A stretch of 64,000 nt of DNA, from the NCBI GenBank assembly GCA_964503265.1, contig CAZCYO010000003.1, positions 23,740 to 87,739 of the forward strand, given 5' to 3'. Below the pieces are notes generated by a model. That model saw only the letters and a program-made list of their open reading frames with translations, made no database searches and was not told where the DNA came from. Shown here piece by piece: positions 16,823-27,131 of the stretch. Source of the stretch: an uncultured Gammaproteobacteria bacterium. Lineage in GTDB: Bacteria; Patescibacteriota; Microgenomatia; Levybacterales; UBA12049. Within the stretch, counting starts at the first letter, position 1; every line of letters begins with the position of its first letter. The position numbers were made by a program, and so were the translations under genes.

Positions 16823-16865
16823 AAGCTAGCTTGATTATAGCAGAGACAAGAAAGTTTCAAAGAAA

Positions 16866-18575
16866 CTATTTGTGTTCGATATTAAAAAAAGCAAAGCCGT
16901 TTTGAGGAATTGAAAGATATCCTGGTGCTCGGAGATTATACGCAGTTTTAAAGTTACTGCCACTTAGGCGTTTTTCACCTTTATCAGTTTGGAAGATGAC
17001 TTCGTTGGTTGACCCATTTCCTTGGGAAACAGTCACACCACTGACACTTGAAATACCTCCACCGTATTTGCTCGAAACACTTCGTAAGTCATCACTACTA
17101 TATGGGTTTCCTCCCCAACATGATGGTGGTGTGACTCTGCCTGTTTCATCACCTGAGCCGCCGTTATAGAGAATGTAATAGCCGTTAATAATATCTGCCA
17201 TATCAGTACTTGTTAGCCATGGATTAGTGCGTCCACATTTCTCACTTGAGATGCTGTAGCCTTTTGTGAACCAGGCTTTATAAAACCACGGAGAACCAGC
17301 CATTTTTTCATATGCTCGATCTGAAAAATTAGATCCTCCTTGGCCATCTGTGGTATCCCAGCCAGAGGTCGATAAATAACCTCCAGAAGTTGATGAGAAA
17401 TAGGTAACGACATCTTCAAGTACCTGGCCTTTTGTGTCATCAACTGCTTGCTTCCAAGCTGCTGGAGGGTTATCTGCTTTTGATGAGGAGTAGACTTGGC
17501 ACGCTTCAGTGTTACAAATCTCCTTGCCATCTACTTTATATCGATACGCATATGTGCGAGCGGCGACTGCTTGTGCTTTTAGCGCTTCAGGATGCCAGGA
17601 TGATGGCATCTCAGCAATGCCGTAGAGATATCTTCCTTCAAAATCGATATCACCAGCACCAGTTACTTTAATCGTTCCTCCAGTATCTTTCCCAACTGGT
17701 TCTTTACCATAGTATGCTTTCAGAATCGCTTTAAAGTCTTGGCCTGCTTTGGCTCTGGCATATGCACCATACTGGCTCATGCCTTTGCGATGTGTATAGG
17801 CGCCAAATGAGAATGCTGCAAACGATCCACTTGGTGCATTATCACGAAATCCTTTAATCGAGGCATTAATATCATCTGCTTCATCACTATCTCCAATAGA
17901 TGCTGTAAAGCTTCCTGAACGAGCATTTAAAATTTCGTTTTGTTTGGCTGTTAGTGATGCGAGCTGGGTGGAGACATCTTTTTGATATGCTTTTGCACCA
18001 GTAATCACTGTTGCGAGCTTGTTTGATTGGGTGTCGAGATTTGCTCGAGCAGTAATCAGGCTGGCTTCTTCTTGTTTTAAAGCTTCACTTTTCGCCTCTA
18101 AACTAGTAATTGAAAGGGCAATGCTTGTGATAAGTGCTTTGTCTTGATCTGTTTTGGCTTTTTGGTATGCGAGTCCTTGTGTTACTTCAGAAGCGGTATC
18201 TGATGCAAGGAAAATAAGAAGTGGAGAGTTACTATATGAATCCATATAAAATTCGCGGACTGTTTTTTGGAAAAGGAGTTGTTTTTGGGCAAGATTTTTA
18301 TAGCCTGAGTCAATTTCTTTTCTTTTTTTTGTAATGTCGAGTTCGACATTTGTAATGCGATTTTTGATACTCGTTACTTGGTTTTGAAGAGCAGTCAGTT
18401 CAGATTCAAGTGGTTTAGTTGCTGCAATAGATTTATTTAATGCATCAGAAAGTTGGCTAATTTGTTTATTTAAATCTTCTAGCTCATCTGCATGAGTGCT
18501 TGGAATGTGGGTTAGTAGTGGCGTAATTAAGAGAAGCACAGCCACGATAAAAGCAAGAACATATTTGGGCATAGA
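16866..18575 (-). CDS. SpoIID/LytB domain protein with N-terminal signal peptide and coiled-coil
   Basis: C-terminal region contains KGMSQYGAYARA, EALKAQAVAARTYA and TEACQVY, which are SpoIID/LytB hallmarks. I trimmed the start to MPKYVLAFIVAVLLL (signal peptide). Confidence 0.7.
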   Translation of the reverse strand, partial: SMPKYVLAFIVAVLLLITPLLTHIPSTHADELEDLNKQISQLSDALNKSIAATKPLESELTALQNQVTSIKNRITNVELDITKKRKEIDSGYKNLAQKQLLFQKTVREFYMDSYSNSPLLIFLASDTASEVTQGLAYQKAKTDQDKALITSIALSITSLEAKSEALKQEEASLITARANLDTQSNKLATVITGAKAYQKDVSTQLASLTAKQNEILNARSGSFTASIGDSDEADDINASIKGFRDNAPSGSFAAFSFGAYTHRKGMSQYGAYARAKAGQDFKAILKAYYGKEPVGKDTGGTIKVTGAGDIDFEGRYLYGIAEMPSSWHPEALKAQAVAARTYAYRYKVDGKEICNTEACQVYSSSKADNPPAAWKQAVDDTKGQVLEDVVTYFSSTSGGYLSTSGWDTTDGQGGSNFSDRAYEKMAGSPWFYKAWFTKGYSISSEKCGRTNPWLTSTDMADIINGYYILYNGGSGDETGRVTPPSCWGGNPYSSDDLRSVSSKYGGGISSVSGVTVSQGNGSTNEVIFQTDKGEKRLSGSNFKTAYNLRAPGYLSIPQNGFAFFNIEHK

Positions 18576-18672
18576 TTCATTATAGCAAATAGACTGAAAA
18601 GATACGAAAAACGATTCATTCAACTCTTGCAAAACTAAAAACCTATGGTACACTCAATACACCTAAATTCCT

Positions 18673-19299
18673 ATGGCTCTGAAGTTCTATCGTAAAGAAT
18701 CTAATGTCTTCGATTCTGACACCACCATGGTAACTAGATCAGGCACGTCTCGTTCAAAACTTGTACTGCTTTTTCTCGTGTTACTCCTTGGTGCTGGTCT
18801 TATCTTTGCTGGTATCAGGTTTTTAAGTTTAAATAACGGAGCAAACTCATCTTCAACAACTACCGTAGGATTAACACCTACGCCTTTTGCGACGAGTGTG
18901 CCTGAAACACCTACTCCAACAGTAATCACAACCCCAACTCCAACCGGAAAGCCTGGCAAAACAACACCGACACCTACTATTTCTTCAAAAGTAACCCCAA
19001 CTCCAACTGGCTCGACAAAACCGACAACAATGAGTATCGAGATATTAAATGGTAGTGGTCAGTCTGGAGTTGCTGGTACTGCTGCATCAGCTATGAAAAA
19101 ACTTGGGTATAGTATTTCAGGAACAGGGAATGCTGACACTTTTAATTTTGTAGGGTATACTATTAAAATAAAGAAGAGTAAGAGTGCTCAACTGCCTGTA
19201 CTGAAAAAAGACGTAGCAACATTAGGAACGGTAACAGACAGTCTGACTACTCTGCCCGAGTCATCTGACGCTGATGCACAGATCATCGTCGGAAAATAA
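18673..19299 (+). CDS. LytR_C (LytR/CpsA/Psr C-terminal) domain protein, membrane-anchored with PT-rich linker
   Basis: IEILNGSGQSGVAGTAASAMKKLGYSISGTGNADTFNFVGYTIKI matches the LytR_C pattern. Confidence 0.65.
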   Translation: MALKFYRKESNVFDSDTTMVTRSGTSRSKLVLLFLVLLLGAGLIFAGIRFLSLNNGANSSSTTTVGLTPTPFATSVPETPTPTVITTPTPTGKPGKTTPTPTISSKVTPTPTGSTKPTTMSIEILNGSGQSGVAGTAASAMKKLGYSISGTGNADTFNFVGYTIKIKKSKSAQLPVLKKDVATLGTVTDSLTTLPESSDADAQIIVGK

Positions 19300-19303
19300 C
19301 TGT

Positions 19304-20293
19304 ATGTCAGATATTATTACTATTGGTAATGCCCTCATCGATGCATTTTTGCACCTCCAGGATGCAAATTCCCATGTTCATATTAATAAAGAAGAGAAAA
19401 CACTCTCTGTTGACTTCGGACAGAAGATTATGCTTGATTCCTCGGCCTTTTTACTGGGTGGAAATGCAGCTAATGTCGCTGTAGGGTTATCGCGGCTTGG
19501 GTTTGAAACATCTCTCATGGCAGAACTTGGGAATGATGAATTTGCGGATAAAATTATCCATATCTTACATAAAGAAAAAGTAAATACATCATTAATTCTT
19601 CATAGTGATTCTCAAAGTTCATTTGCGATGAACCTTACGTTTAACGGTGAGCGAACGATTTTTGTGCATCATCAGAAGCGTCCTCATCCATTTGATTTAG
19701 ATCGACTTACGACTCCTTGGATATATGTCACATCAATGGGAGAGTCGTGGAAACATGTCTATCAGGGAATCATCGCACATGCCAAACAACATCCAGAACT
19801 CAAGATCGCTTTTAATCCGGGAACGAAGCAATTAGGCCAAGGAAAAGACTTAATATGCGAACTATTACCTTTCGCACACGTATTCATCGCGAATAAAGAA
19901 GAATATATCTCACTTATTCATGGAGAACATGCGAAAAGTGACGCACACACCCCGCGAGATCTTCTTCATAGTCTTCGTAAGATGGGTGGTAAATTACTCC
20001 TATTAACAGACGGCGATCGTGGATCGTATGTACTTGATGAAGAAGGAAAGGAATATCATGGAACGATAATTCCAACAGAAACGATTGGAAAAACAGGGGC
20101 AGGAGATGCCTTCTCGACTGGATTTATCGCGAGTCTTATGAAAAATGGCAGTATTCCTGACGCTCTTCGGCTCGGAACAGCAAACGCTGCTTCAGTCGTG
20201 AGTAGTATTGGAGCACAGACTGGACTACTCCATAAAAATGACGTACACCTCTGGCATGAAAAAATGCAACATGTTATAGTTCATGAATCATAA
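19304..20293 (+). CDS. PfkB-family carbohydrate kinase (ribokinase-like)
   Basis: N-terminal ITIGNALIDAF and C-terminal GAGDAFSTGFIASL (PfkB signature 2). Confidence 0.8.
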   Translation: MSDIITIGNALIDAFLHLQDANSHVHINKEEKTLSVDFGQKIMLDSSAFLLGGNAANVAVGLSRLGFETSLMAELGNDEFADKIIHILHKEKVNTSLILHSDSQSSFAMNLTFNGERTIFVHHQKRPHPFDLDRLTTPWIYVTSMGESWKHVYQGIIAHAKQHPELKIAFNPGTKQLGQGKDLICELLPFAHVFIANKEEYISLIHGEHAKSDAHTPRDLLHSLRKMGGKLLLLTDGDRGSYVLDEEGKEYHGTIIPTETIGKTGAGDAFSTGFIASLMKNGSIPDALRLGTANAASVVSSIGAQTGLLHKNDVHLWHEKMQHVIVHES

Positions 20294-20798
20294 TATGCAA
20301 GAAACTATTTATCTTGGTACAGATCACGCAGGGTTTTCGTTAAAGGAACACATAAAAGAAGTGCTTATTAAAAAAGGATATACCGTTGAAGATTGTGGGG
20401 CATTCTCGTTTAATCCCGAGGATGATTATCCAGACTTTATCGGTCTTGCAGCAGAAAAAGTAGCAGAAGATCCTGAACATCGCCGAGGTATTATTTTTGG
20501 AGGTTCGGGTCAAGCTGAAATGATGGTCGCAAATAAATACACCGGTGTTCGGTGTGCACTTTTTTATACACCAGCTATTCCTGTTAGCCCAGCAGACGTG
20601 ACAGGACGAGAAAGTACTGATCCATTTGAAATTATTAAACTCACTCGTGAGCACAATAATGCAAATATGCTCTCACTGAGTGCACGATTTTTAACAGAAG
20701 AGGACGCAGTTAAAGCGATTTTGCTCTGGCTTGAGACTCCATTTCCTGGAGACGAACGACACATCAGAAGAATTCAGAAAATAGCTGAACTTGAATAA
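20283..20798 (+). CDS. rpiB: ribose-5-phosphate isomerase B (RpiB/LacAB family)
   Basis: IYLGTDHAGFSLKEHI...GIIFGGSGQAEMMVANK...RCAL. Confidence 0.85.
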   Translation: MNHNMQETIYLGTDHAGFSLKEHIKEVLIKKGYTVEDCGAFSFNPEDDYPDFIGLAAEKVAEDPEHRRGIIFGGSGQAEMMVANKYTGVRCALFYTPAIPVSPADVTGRESTDPFEIIKLTREHNNANMLSLSARFLTEEDAVKAILLWLETPFPGDERHIRRIQKIAELE

Positions 20799-20801
20799 CC
20801 T

Positions 20802-21455
20802 ATGGAACATGACCCCTACGAAATCATCCCTGGTATTTTAGAACAATCATGGGAAAATATTGAGAAAAAGATTCTCCAGGTAAAACCCTTTGCCAAGACA
20901 CTCCATATCGATCTTATTGATGGGAAATTTGCCGCCAACACGACATTCAGTGATCCAACTCCATTTAAAACATACAGTGAAGAATTCTTTTTAGAACTGC
21001 ATATGATGGTTGATGAGCCGATCAATTACCTCGAGCAATTTGCAGGGGCAGGGTTTAAACGATTTTTAGGTCACGTAGAACGTATGTCAGATCAGGCAGC
21101 TTTTGTTACAAAAGCCCAAGAACTAGGAGAGGTAGGACTGGTGCTTGATGGACCCACGTCACTTGATGCAGTTCAAATTCCGCTTATTGATCTTGATTGT
21201 ATGCTTTGTTACACCTCTGAAAAAGTGGGTTTCTCCGGACCACCATTTATGGAAAGCCGGCTTGAGAAGGTGTCTCAGATACGAGCGAGAACAGGAGATA
21301 TCTTTCCAATTGAAGTTGATGGTGGAGTTACTGACGAGACGATCGTTATCGCAAGAAATGCAGGAGCTACGAGATTTATTTCAACGAGTTTTCTGTTTAA
21401 CAATGACGATGTACTAGGACAATATAATCGTCTACTTCAAGCGCTTACCGCCTGA
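20802..21455 (+). CDS. rpe: ribulose-phosphate 3-epimerase
   Basis: LHIDLIDGKF...HMMVDEP...IEVDGGV motifs. Confidence 0.85.
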   Translation: MEHDPYEIIPGILEQSWENIEKKILQVKPFAKTLHIDLIDGKFAANTTFSDPTPFKTYSEEFFLELHMMVDEPINYLEQFAGAGFKRFLGHVERMSDQAAFVTKAQELGEVGLVLDGPTSLDAVQIPLIDLDCMLCYTSEKVGFSGPPFMESRLEKVSQIRARTGDIFPIEVDGGVTDETIVIARNAGATRFISTSFLFNNDDVLGQYNRLLQALTA

Positions 21456-23760
21456 AAAAACTCGAGCCTGCACTTGATGGGAAAGATGACTGACATACAG
21501 AGTTTTCAGTCCCAATCACGAAGAATTCTTGCTTCCCGTTACAAAATTTTTGGACAATGTTGCTTGGCGTACTTCTTTTTGTCTCTGGTCTGTTAGCAAC
21601 GAGGAGTTCCATAATCGAGTGCCAGATTGGGGCAGCTCCAGTAATTCCAGACGCCAAGCTTTGACTCATTGGATCGTTATTATTATTGCCAACCCACACT
21701 GCGACGACGAACTCTGGTGTGTATCCAATGGTCCAGTTATCACGTTTATAATCTGAGGTTCCTGTTTTGACTGAGACAAAGTGATTTGGAATAACGAGAG
21801 GGGAATTTGGACCAAATTCCATCATGCGGGCGTTATTATCAGCTAATATGTCAGACATAATATAACTCACGCTTTGATCAAGTACTCGCACTTTTTCAAC
21901 GTCTTTTTTCTCCTCAAGAATCTCCCCATTACTACTTGTGACTTTTAAGATAGGGTTAGGTGTGACTCGTTCACCTTGATTTGCAAGTGTCCCAAAAACC
22001 GTCGCCATATCCATAACTGTTGTCTCAGCTCCTCCAAGGGTGATCGCAAGTCCGTATTCACTTGGATCTCCCCATGATGTTATTCCCATATTCTTTCCAA
22101 GTGTCACCATTGTCGGAATTCCAACTTGTTGGAGTAATTTAACAGCTGGAATATTAAATGAGTTTCCAAGTGCAGTGCGGAGTGTGACTCTTCCATGAAA
22201 GCGACCATCGTAATTCACTGGCACATATGGTGCACTTCCTTGAATCGGAAACGCTGTAGGAGTGTCATCGATAAGTGTAGCAGCTGTCAATCCATGCTCT
22301 AGTGCGGCGCTGTAGGTAACAACCTTAATGGATGAACCAGGTTGACGAAGACTCATTGTGGCATTTACATTACCACCATTTGGATCGGAGTAATCATGAC
22401 CACCAATCATAGCGAAAATATCTCCATTTGCAGGATCTGTGACCAAGGCTGAGCCATTTGTAACATTTAAATATGCTGCATTTGTGATTTCATTTGTCAC
22501 AATTTCTTGCGCTCTTTCCTGAAGCGGAAGATCAAGTGTGGTATAGACACGAAGTCCACCTTTCTCAACGGCAGCGAGTCCATAGTGTTTTATGAGCAAT
22601 TCTTTTACATACATCACAAAATGTGGTGCGTGGAGGGGCGTTGCAGGCTTTGCAAAGTGAAGCTCTTCTTTTAGAGCATGATCTTGCTGTTTTTTCGTAA
22701 TATATCCGAGTGTTACCATATTACGCAGCACTTCCGTCTGTCTTTTTTTCCAGTACACAGATGACTCACCATAGGGTGAATATGCTGATGGTGCTGAGGT
22801 AATTCCTGCTAAGAAAGCACTTTGTGCGAGGGTTAAGTCTTTTGCATGTTTATTAAAATAGACATCAGCCGCTGCCTCAACGCCCCATGCGGTTCCACCA
22901 TAAGGGATTTGATTAAAGTACATGGCAAGAATTTCTTGTTTGGAATAGATACGCTCTGCCCAAAAAGAAAGAATAACTTCTTTGATTTTACGAACAATAC
23001 TTTTCTCTGGACTAAAAAAAGATGACTTAATGAGTTGCTGGGTGATTGTTGATGCACCTTGAGTATCTCCACCATGAATATTTGAGTTAAACGCACGAAT
23101 CATGGCGGGTACATCAAATCCAAGATGATGATAAAAATTCTTATCTTCAATCGCAAGTGTTGCTTCCTGAATGGTTAATGGGATGTCGCTCAGTGGGATA
23201 ACAGTGCGGTTTTGATTCGCATATATTTGGTAGAGAAGTGTCCCATGTCTGTCATAAATATTCGTAGTTTGCGCAATTTCTCGTGTTTTAAGTGTTTCTG
23301 GATTTGGGAGATCTCTGATAAATAGGATGCTTGCAGTTATAAAACAGAGAAAAAGCGTAAGTACTATCCCAGAGCCGAGAACACGTTTTTTATAAAAAAA
23401 TGGAGTTGGTTTTTGTTTTGTTGATTTTCTTTTTTTCTTTTTATGCTTAACAGTAATGAGTCGTTTGAGTAGAGAGCTTATTTTCCCAAAGAAACTACGT
23501 ATATGCTCTTGAGTATTACTACTGATGTTTATTATAAATGCAATGATTACAGAAATAACCGTTGAAAGTCTGGTAATGATTTTTTTATGTTTTTTAGAAA
23601 AACGTTTTAAGCGCTTATTTATGACTTTACCAAGACGATAAAAAAACGCTACCAAACGAACACCCTGCAAAAACAGGTTAACAGGGAGCTGAAGGTAAAA
23701 AGGATATGAACTATACCTCCGCGCCAAACGAGAAACGAAACGACTTTTACTCATGAACAA
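21445..23760 (-). CDS. class A penicillin-binding protein (PBP1A-type transglycosylase/transpeptidase)
   Basis: GT51 motifs EDKNFYHHLGFD, TITQQLIK. Transpeptidase SxxK (GSSIK), SxN and KTGT present. Confidence 0.85.
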   Translation of the reverse strand: MFMSKSRFVSRLARRYSSYPFYLQLPVNLFLQGVRLVAFFYRLGKVINKRLKRFSKKHKKIITRLSTVISVIIAFIINISSNTQEHIRSFFGKISSLLKRLITVKHKKKKRKSTKQKPTPFFYKKRVLGSGIVLTLFLCFITASILFIRDLPNPETLKTREIAQTTNIYDRHGTLLYQIYANQNRTVIPLSDIPLTIQEATLAIEDKNFYHHLGFDVPAMIRAFNSNIHGGDTQGASTITQQLIKSSFFSPEKSIVRKIKEVILSFWAERIYSKQEILAMYFNQIPYGGTAWGVEAAADVYFNKHAKDLTLAQSAFLAGITSAPSAYSPYGESSVYWKKRQTEVLRNMVTLGYITKKQQDHALKEELHFAKPATPLHAPHFVMYVKELLIKHYGLAAVEKGGLRVYTTLDLPLQERAQEIVTNEITNAAYLNVTNGSALVTDPANGDIFAMIGGHDYSDPNGGNVNATMSLRQPGSSIKVVTYSAALEHGLTAATLIDDTPTAFPIQGSAPYVPVNYDGRFHGRVTLRTALGNSFNIPAVKLLQQVGIPTMVTLGKNMGITSWGDPSEYGLAITLGGAETTVMDMATVFGTLANQGERVTPNPILKVTSSNGEILEEKKDVEKVRVLDQSVSYIMSDILADNNARMMEFGPNSPLVIPNHFVSVKTGTSDYKRDNWTIGYTPEFVVAVWVGNNNNDPMSQSLASGITGAAPIWHSIMELLVANRPETKRSTPSNIVQKFCNGKQEFFVIGTENSVCQSSFPSSAGSSFFRR

Positions 23761-23824
23761 AAAAGGGGGACAGACACTTTGGATTATACAAAATGAGCGT
23801 GCGTGAGGGAAGAAGGAAAAAATA

Positions 23825-25975
23825 CTACGGAGTTGGTGCTGGACTTGGATGTGGACAGGTTACGCAATATTTATTTCCAAGTGGATCAGTAATAACTCTT
23901 TCCATTCGCTCTTCAACATTTTCTGTTTGGCCTGGCTTGGCAGGGACATTTGCTGTTTTATCCCAAAATATTTTTTGTTTTCCTGGATCAACTTGTTTTG
24001 GTTCCATGCCTTTAATGAAGTATTCAAATCGGGTTGGACATTTATCAGGCGTGCCATCAGCTTGGGGAATAAGGCCAGAATCTGAACAAATGATTCTACC
24101 CACAACGTTTTGTGGTTGTTTAGGTTGTTGTGCAGTTTTTCCTTCAAGTAAGTGACTCATGAGGTCATGCCAGATTGGTGCAGCACCTGTTATACCTGAA
24201 ACAACACCATTCATCGGGGTCCTGTCATTGTTTCCAACCCAGGTGACTACAAGATATGATGGCCCATGTGTATACCCAATCGTCCAGTTATCTCGATAGT
24301 CATTTGTGGTGCCTGTTTTAACAGAGACTGGCTGATTTCCTAGTTTTAGTTCAGAATTTGGACCAAATGCTTGAAGTCGTGCTCCATTATCCATAAGAAT
24401 TTGCGAAATAATATATGCAACCCCACTTGGAATAACTTTTTTACCAAAAATTGCATTTGGTGGCGGAATATATTCCTCAAGTGTTACTCCCTTTGCGTTA
24501 GTCACTTTTAGAATTGGGTGAAGATCAATGCGATAACCGCTATTTGCAAACACTCCAAATGCCGTTGCCATATCTACCATTTTTACCTCACCACCACCGA
24601 GTGTCAGTGATAGTCCGTATCTGTCAGGCTCAGTAAAGGTCGTAATTCCCATCGCTGATGCTGTTGCGATCATGGCCTCAATACCGTTAAGTTTTAACAT
24701 TTCAACAGCTGGAATATTAAATGAATTTCCTAACGCAAATCGCATTTGGACTGCACCGTGAAATTTATTATCATAGTTTTTGGGGCAGTATGGTGGGTTT
24801 CCGCCAAAACATAATGCCTGATCGATAAATGGCGTCGCTGCTGTGTAGCCTTTAATCAGCCCCGTCGCAAAGTTAATTGGTTTAATCGATGATCCAGGTT
24901 GCAGTTTGGCTAGCGTAATATTTACGTTCCCGTTTTCACTGTCAAAGTAATCTTTACTTCCAACCATCGCTAATATTTCACCGGTACTTGGATTGGTGAT
25001 GAGTGCTGCGCCATTTCCTACATGGTTATATTTAAGACGTTCAATTTCGGCAGCTACTGTTGCTTGTGCATAGTCTTGGAGTGAGAGATCGAGGCTTGTT
25101 TTGACGATTAAGCCACCCGTTTCAACTGTTGCTTGACCGTATTTTTGAGTGAGAAGGTCTTTTACATAAAACACGAAGTGAGGAGCTTTGATCTCGTTAG
25201 TAATTTTTTTGAATTGTAACTCTTCACTCGCTGCTTCTTTTTCTTGTGCTGAGGTAATATAGCCTTGTTTTCTCATTTCACTAAGCACACTTTTTTGCCT
25301 ATCGAGTCCCTGTTCAGGATGGGTTCCGTATGGAGAAAATGAACTTGGAGATTGCGGGAGCCCTGCTAAAAATGCACTCTCGGCAAGTGATAACGCTGAA
25401 ACATCTTTTCCAAAGTATGTCCGAGCAGCAGCCTGGATACCATACGCTGTTCCACCATAGGGAACTTGGTTGAGGTACATTTCTAGAATTGAGCGCTTAC
25501 TATAGAGAACCTCTGTCGCAAAAGAGAGCAGTATCTCTTTAATTTTTCTCTGCCATGTTCGATCCTGAGTTAAAAGACTATTTTTAACGAGTTGTTGGGT
25601 GAGTGTGGAACCTCCTTGGAGTTGTTTGTTAAAAAAGGTTGAGTAAAATGCACGTACAATTCCACGGAAATCTACTGCTCCGTGTCTATAAAAATCTTTA
25701 TCCTCGATCGCAATTGTGGCGTATTGTACTGATTTAGGGACTTTGGTGAGGGGTAGAAATGTTTGATTACGAGATGCATAAATAGTATAAAGGAGAGTAT
25801 CATTCCTATCATAAATTCTGGTTGATTGAGGAAGTGAATTACTTTGTAAACGAGTAGGGGACGGAAGATCTCGAAGAATAAAATAATAAAATGCCCCAAG
25901 GGCAAGTACGAGTGGAATAAGTGCAATGTAATACACCCACTTATATTTTTTGATTCGTTTCCAGAATCGAGACAT
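23825..25975 (-). CDS. second class A penicillin-binding protein (paralog)
   Basis: EDKDFYRHGAVD, TLTQQLVK, PGSSIKP, SVKTGTT. I trimmed the start to MSRFWKRIKKYK, which precedes the TM anchor. Confidence 0.8.
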   Translation of the reverse strand: MSRFWKRIKKYKWVYYIALIPLVLALGAFYYFILRDLPSPTRLQSNSLPQSTRIYDRNDTLLYTIYASRNQTFLPLTKVPKSVQYATIAIEDKDFYRHGAVDFRGIVRAFYSTFFNKQLQGGSTLTQQLVKNSLLTQDRTWQRKIKEILLSFATEVLYSKRSILEMYLNQVPYGGTAYGIQAAARTYFGKDVSALSLAESAFLAGLPQSPSSFSPYGTHPEQGLDRQKSVLSEMRKQGYITSAQEKEAASEELQFKKITNEIKAPHFVFYVKDLLTQKYGQATVETGGLIVKTSLDLSLQDYAQATVAAEIERLKYNHVGNGAALITNPSTGEILAMVGSKDYFDSENGNVNITLAKLQPGSSIKPINFATGLIKGYTAATPFIDQALCFGGNPPYCPKNYDNKFHGAVQMRFALGNSFNIPAVEMLKLNGIEAMIATASAMGITTFTEPDRYGLSLTLGGGEVKMVDMATAFGVFANSGYRIDLHPILKVTNAKGVTLEEYIPPPNAIFGKKVIPSGVAYIISQILMDNGARLQAFGPNSELKLGNQPVSVKTGTTNDYRDNWTIGYTHGPSYLVVTWVGNNDRTPMNGVVSGITGAAPIWHDLMSHLLEGKTAQQPKQPQNVVGRIICSDSGLIPQADGTPDKCPTRFEYFIKGMEPKQVDPGKQKIFWDKTANVPAKPGQTENVEERMERVITDPLGNKYCVTCPHPSPAPTP

Positions 25976-26041
25976 GATGTTATCATAGCAAAGAGATACG
26001 GGGCTTACAAATAAGCGGCACGTATATCGTATAATAACCCT

Positions 26042-27082
26042 ATGGAAATCATTTATACTATTCGTGCTTTTTTCCTTCAATTATTAGCACCTTTTCAAAT
26101 AGGAGTGAACCTTCTGGATATTATTATTGTGGGAATTTTTGGATTTTATGCATATGAAGGATATACGATTGGACTAGCGTTGGCGTTTATGGATTTAGTG
26201 AGTTTTATTCTCTCATTTTTGATTGCACTGAAGTTTTATGGCACTCTCGCAGCTCTTTTTACTCACTTTTTTTCAATGCCGCTTGGATTTGCAAATGCAC
26301 TGGGATTTTTCTTTGCAGCTCTTATTTCAGAGATTATCTTAAACCTTCTGTTACGAAAAATTGTTTCGTTTATCCCTAAAATTCCAAGTGAAAACACATT
26401 TGAAGTGGTACTTAAAAAAACGAATCATATATTAGGTATTTTCCCAGGTATTGCCTCAGCTGCTATCATTCTTTCATTTTTATTAAGTGTCATCATTGCG
26501 CTTCCATCCTCACCAGTCCTTAAAGAATCTGTCTCGACCTCAAAAATTGGCTCGACGTTAATCGCGAATACGGCTTTTGCTGAGAAAAACTTAAATGATA
26601 TTTTTGGTGGTGCGCTGCATGAATCACTGAACTTCTTTACGATTGAGCCCAAAAGTACTGAGTCAGTACAGCTGCATTTTTCGGTAGATAATGGTTCGAT
26701 TGACCCGGTTGCTGAAGAGCAGATGATAACGATGGTAAATAATGAGCGCACCTCTCGTGGTCTCTCACCACTCACCACAGATGATTCTTTACGAAATCTT
26801 GCGAGAAGATATTCGGATGATATGTTTAAACGTGGCTATTTCTCTCACTATAATCCCGAAGGAGAATCACCCTTTGATCGTATGGAACACGCAGGCATAG
26901 CCTACTCATATGCCGGAGAGAATTTAGCACTTGCTCCAAGTACTGAGCTTGCCATGCAGGGACTTATGAACAGTCCAGGACATAAAGCGAACATTTTGAA
27001 GGCAGAATTTAAACAAATCGGGATAGGTGTCATCGATGGTGGGATTTACGGAAAAATGTTTACACAGGAGTTTACTGACTAA
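26042..27082 (+). CDS. CvpA-like membrane domain fused to C-terminal CAP/SCP (PR-1-like) domain
   Basis: N-terminal four TM helices. C-terminal YFSHYNPEGESPFDRM...GENLA...GHKANIL...IGIGV matches CAP-domain motifs. Confidence 0.6.
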   Translation: MEIIYTIRAFFLQLLAPFQIGVNLLDIIIVGIFGFYAYEGYTIGLALAFMDLVSFILSFLIALKFYGTLAALFTHFFSMPLGFANALGFFFAALISEIILNLLLRKIVSFIPKIPSENTFEVVLKKTNHILGIFPGIASAAIILSFLLSVIIALPSSPVLKESVSTSKIGSTLIANTAFAEKNLNDIFGGALHESLNFFTIEPKSTESVQLHFSVDNGSIDPVAEEQMITMVNNERTSRGLSPLTTDDSLRNLARRYSDDMFKRGYFSHYNPEGESPFDRMEHAGIAYSYAGENLALAPSTELAMQGLMNSPGHKANILKAEFKQIGIGVIDGGIYGKMFTQEFTD

Positions 27083-27131
27083 CGTATCTCTTACTTGACT
27101 CTTCAATTTATTCCTCATACTATGGTTATAT

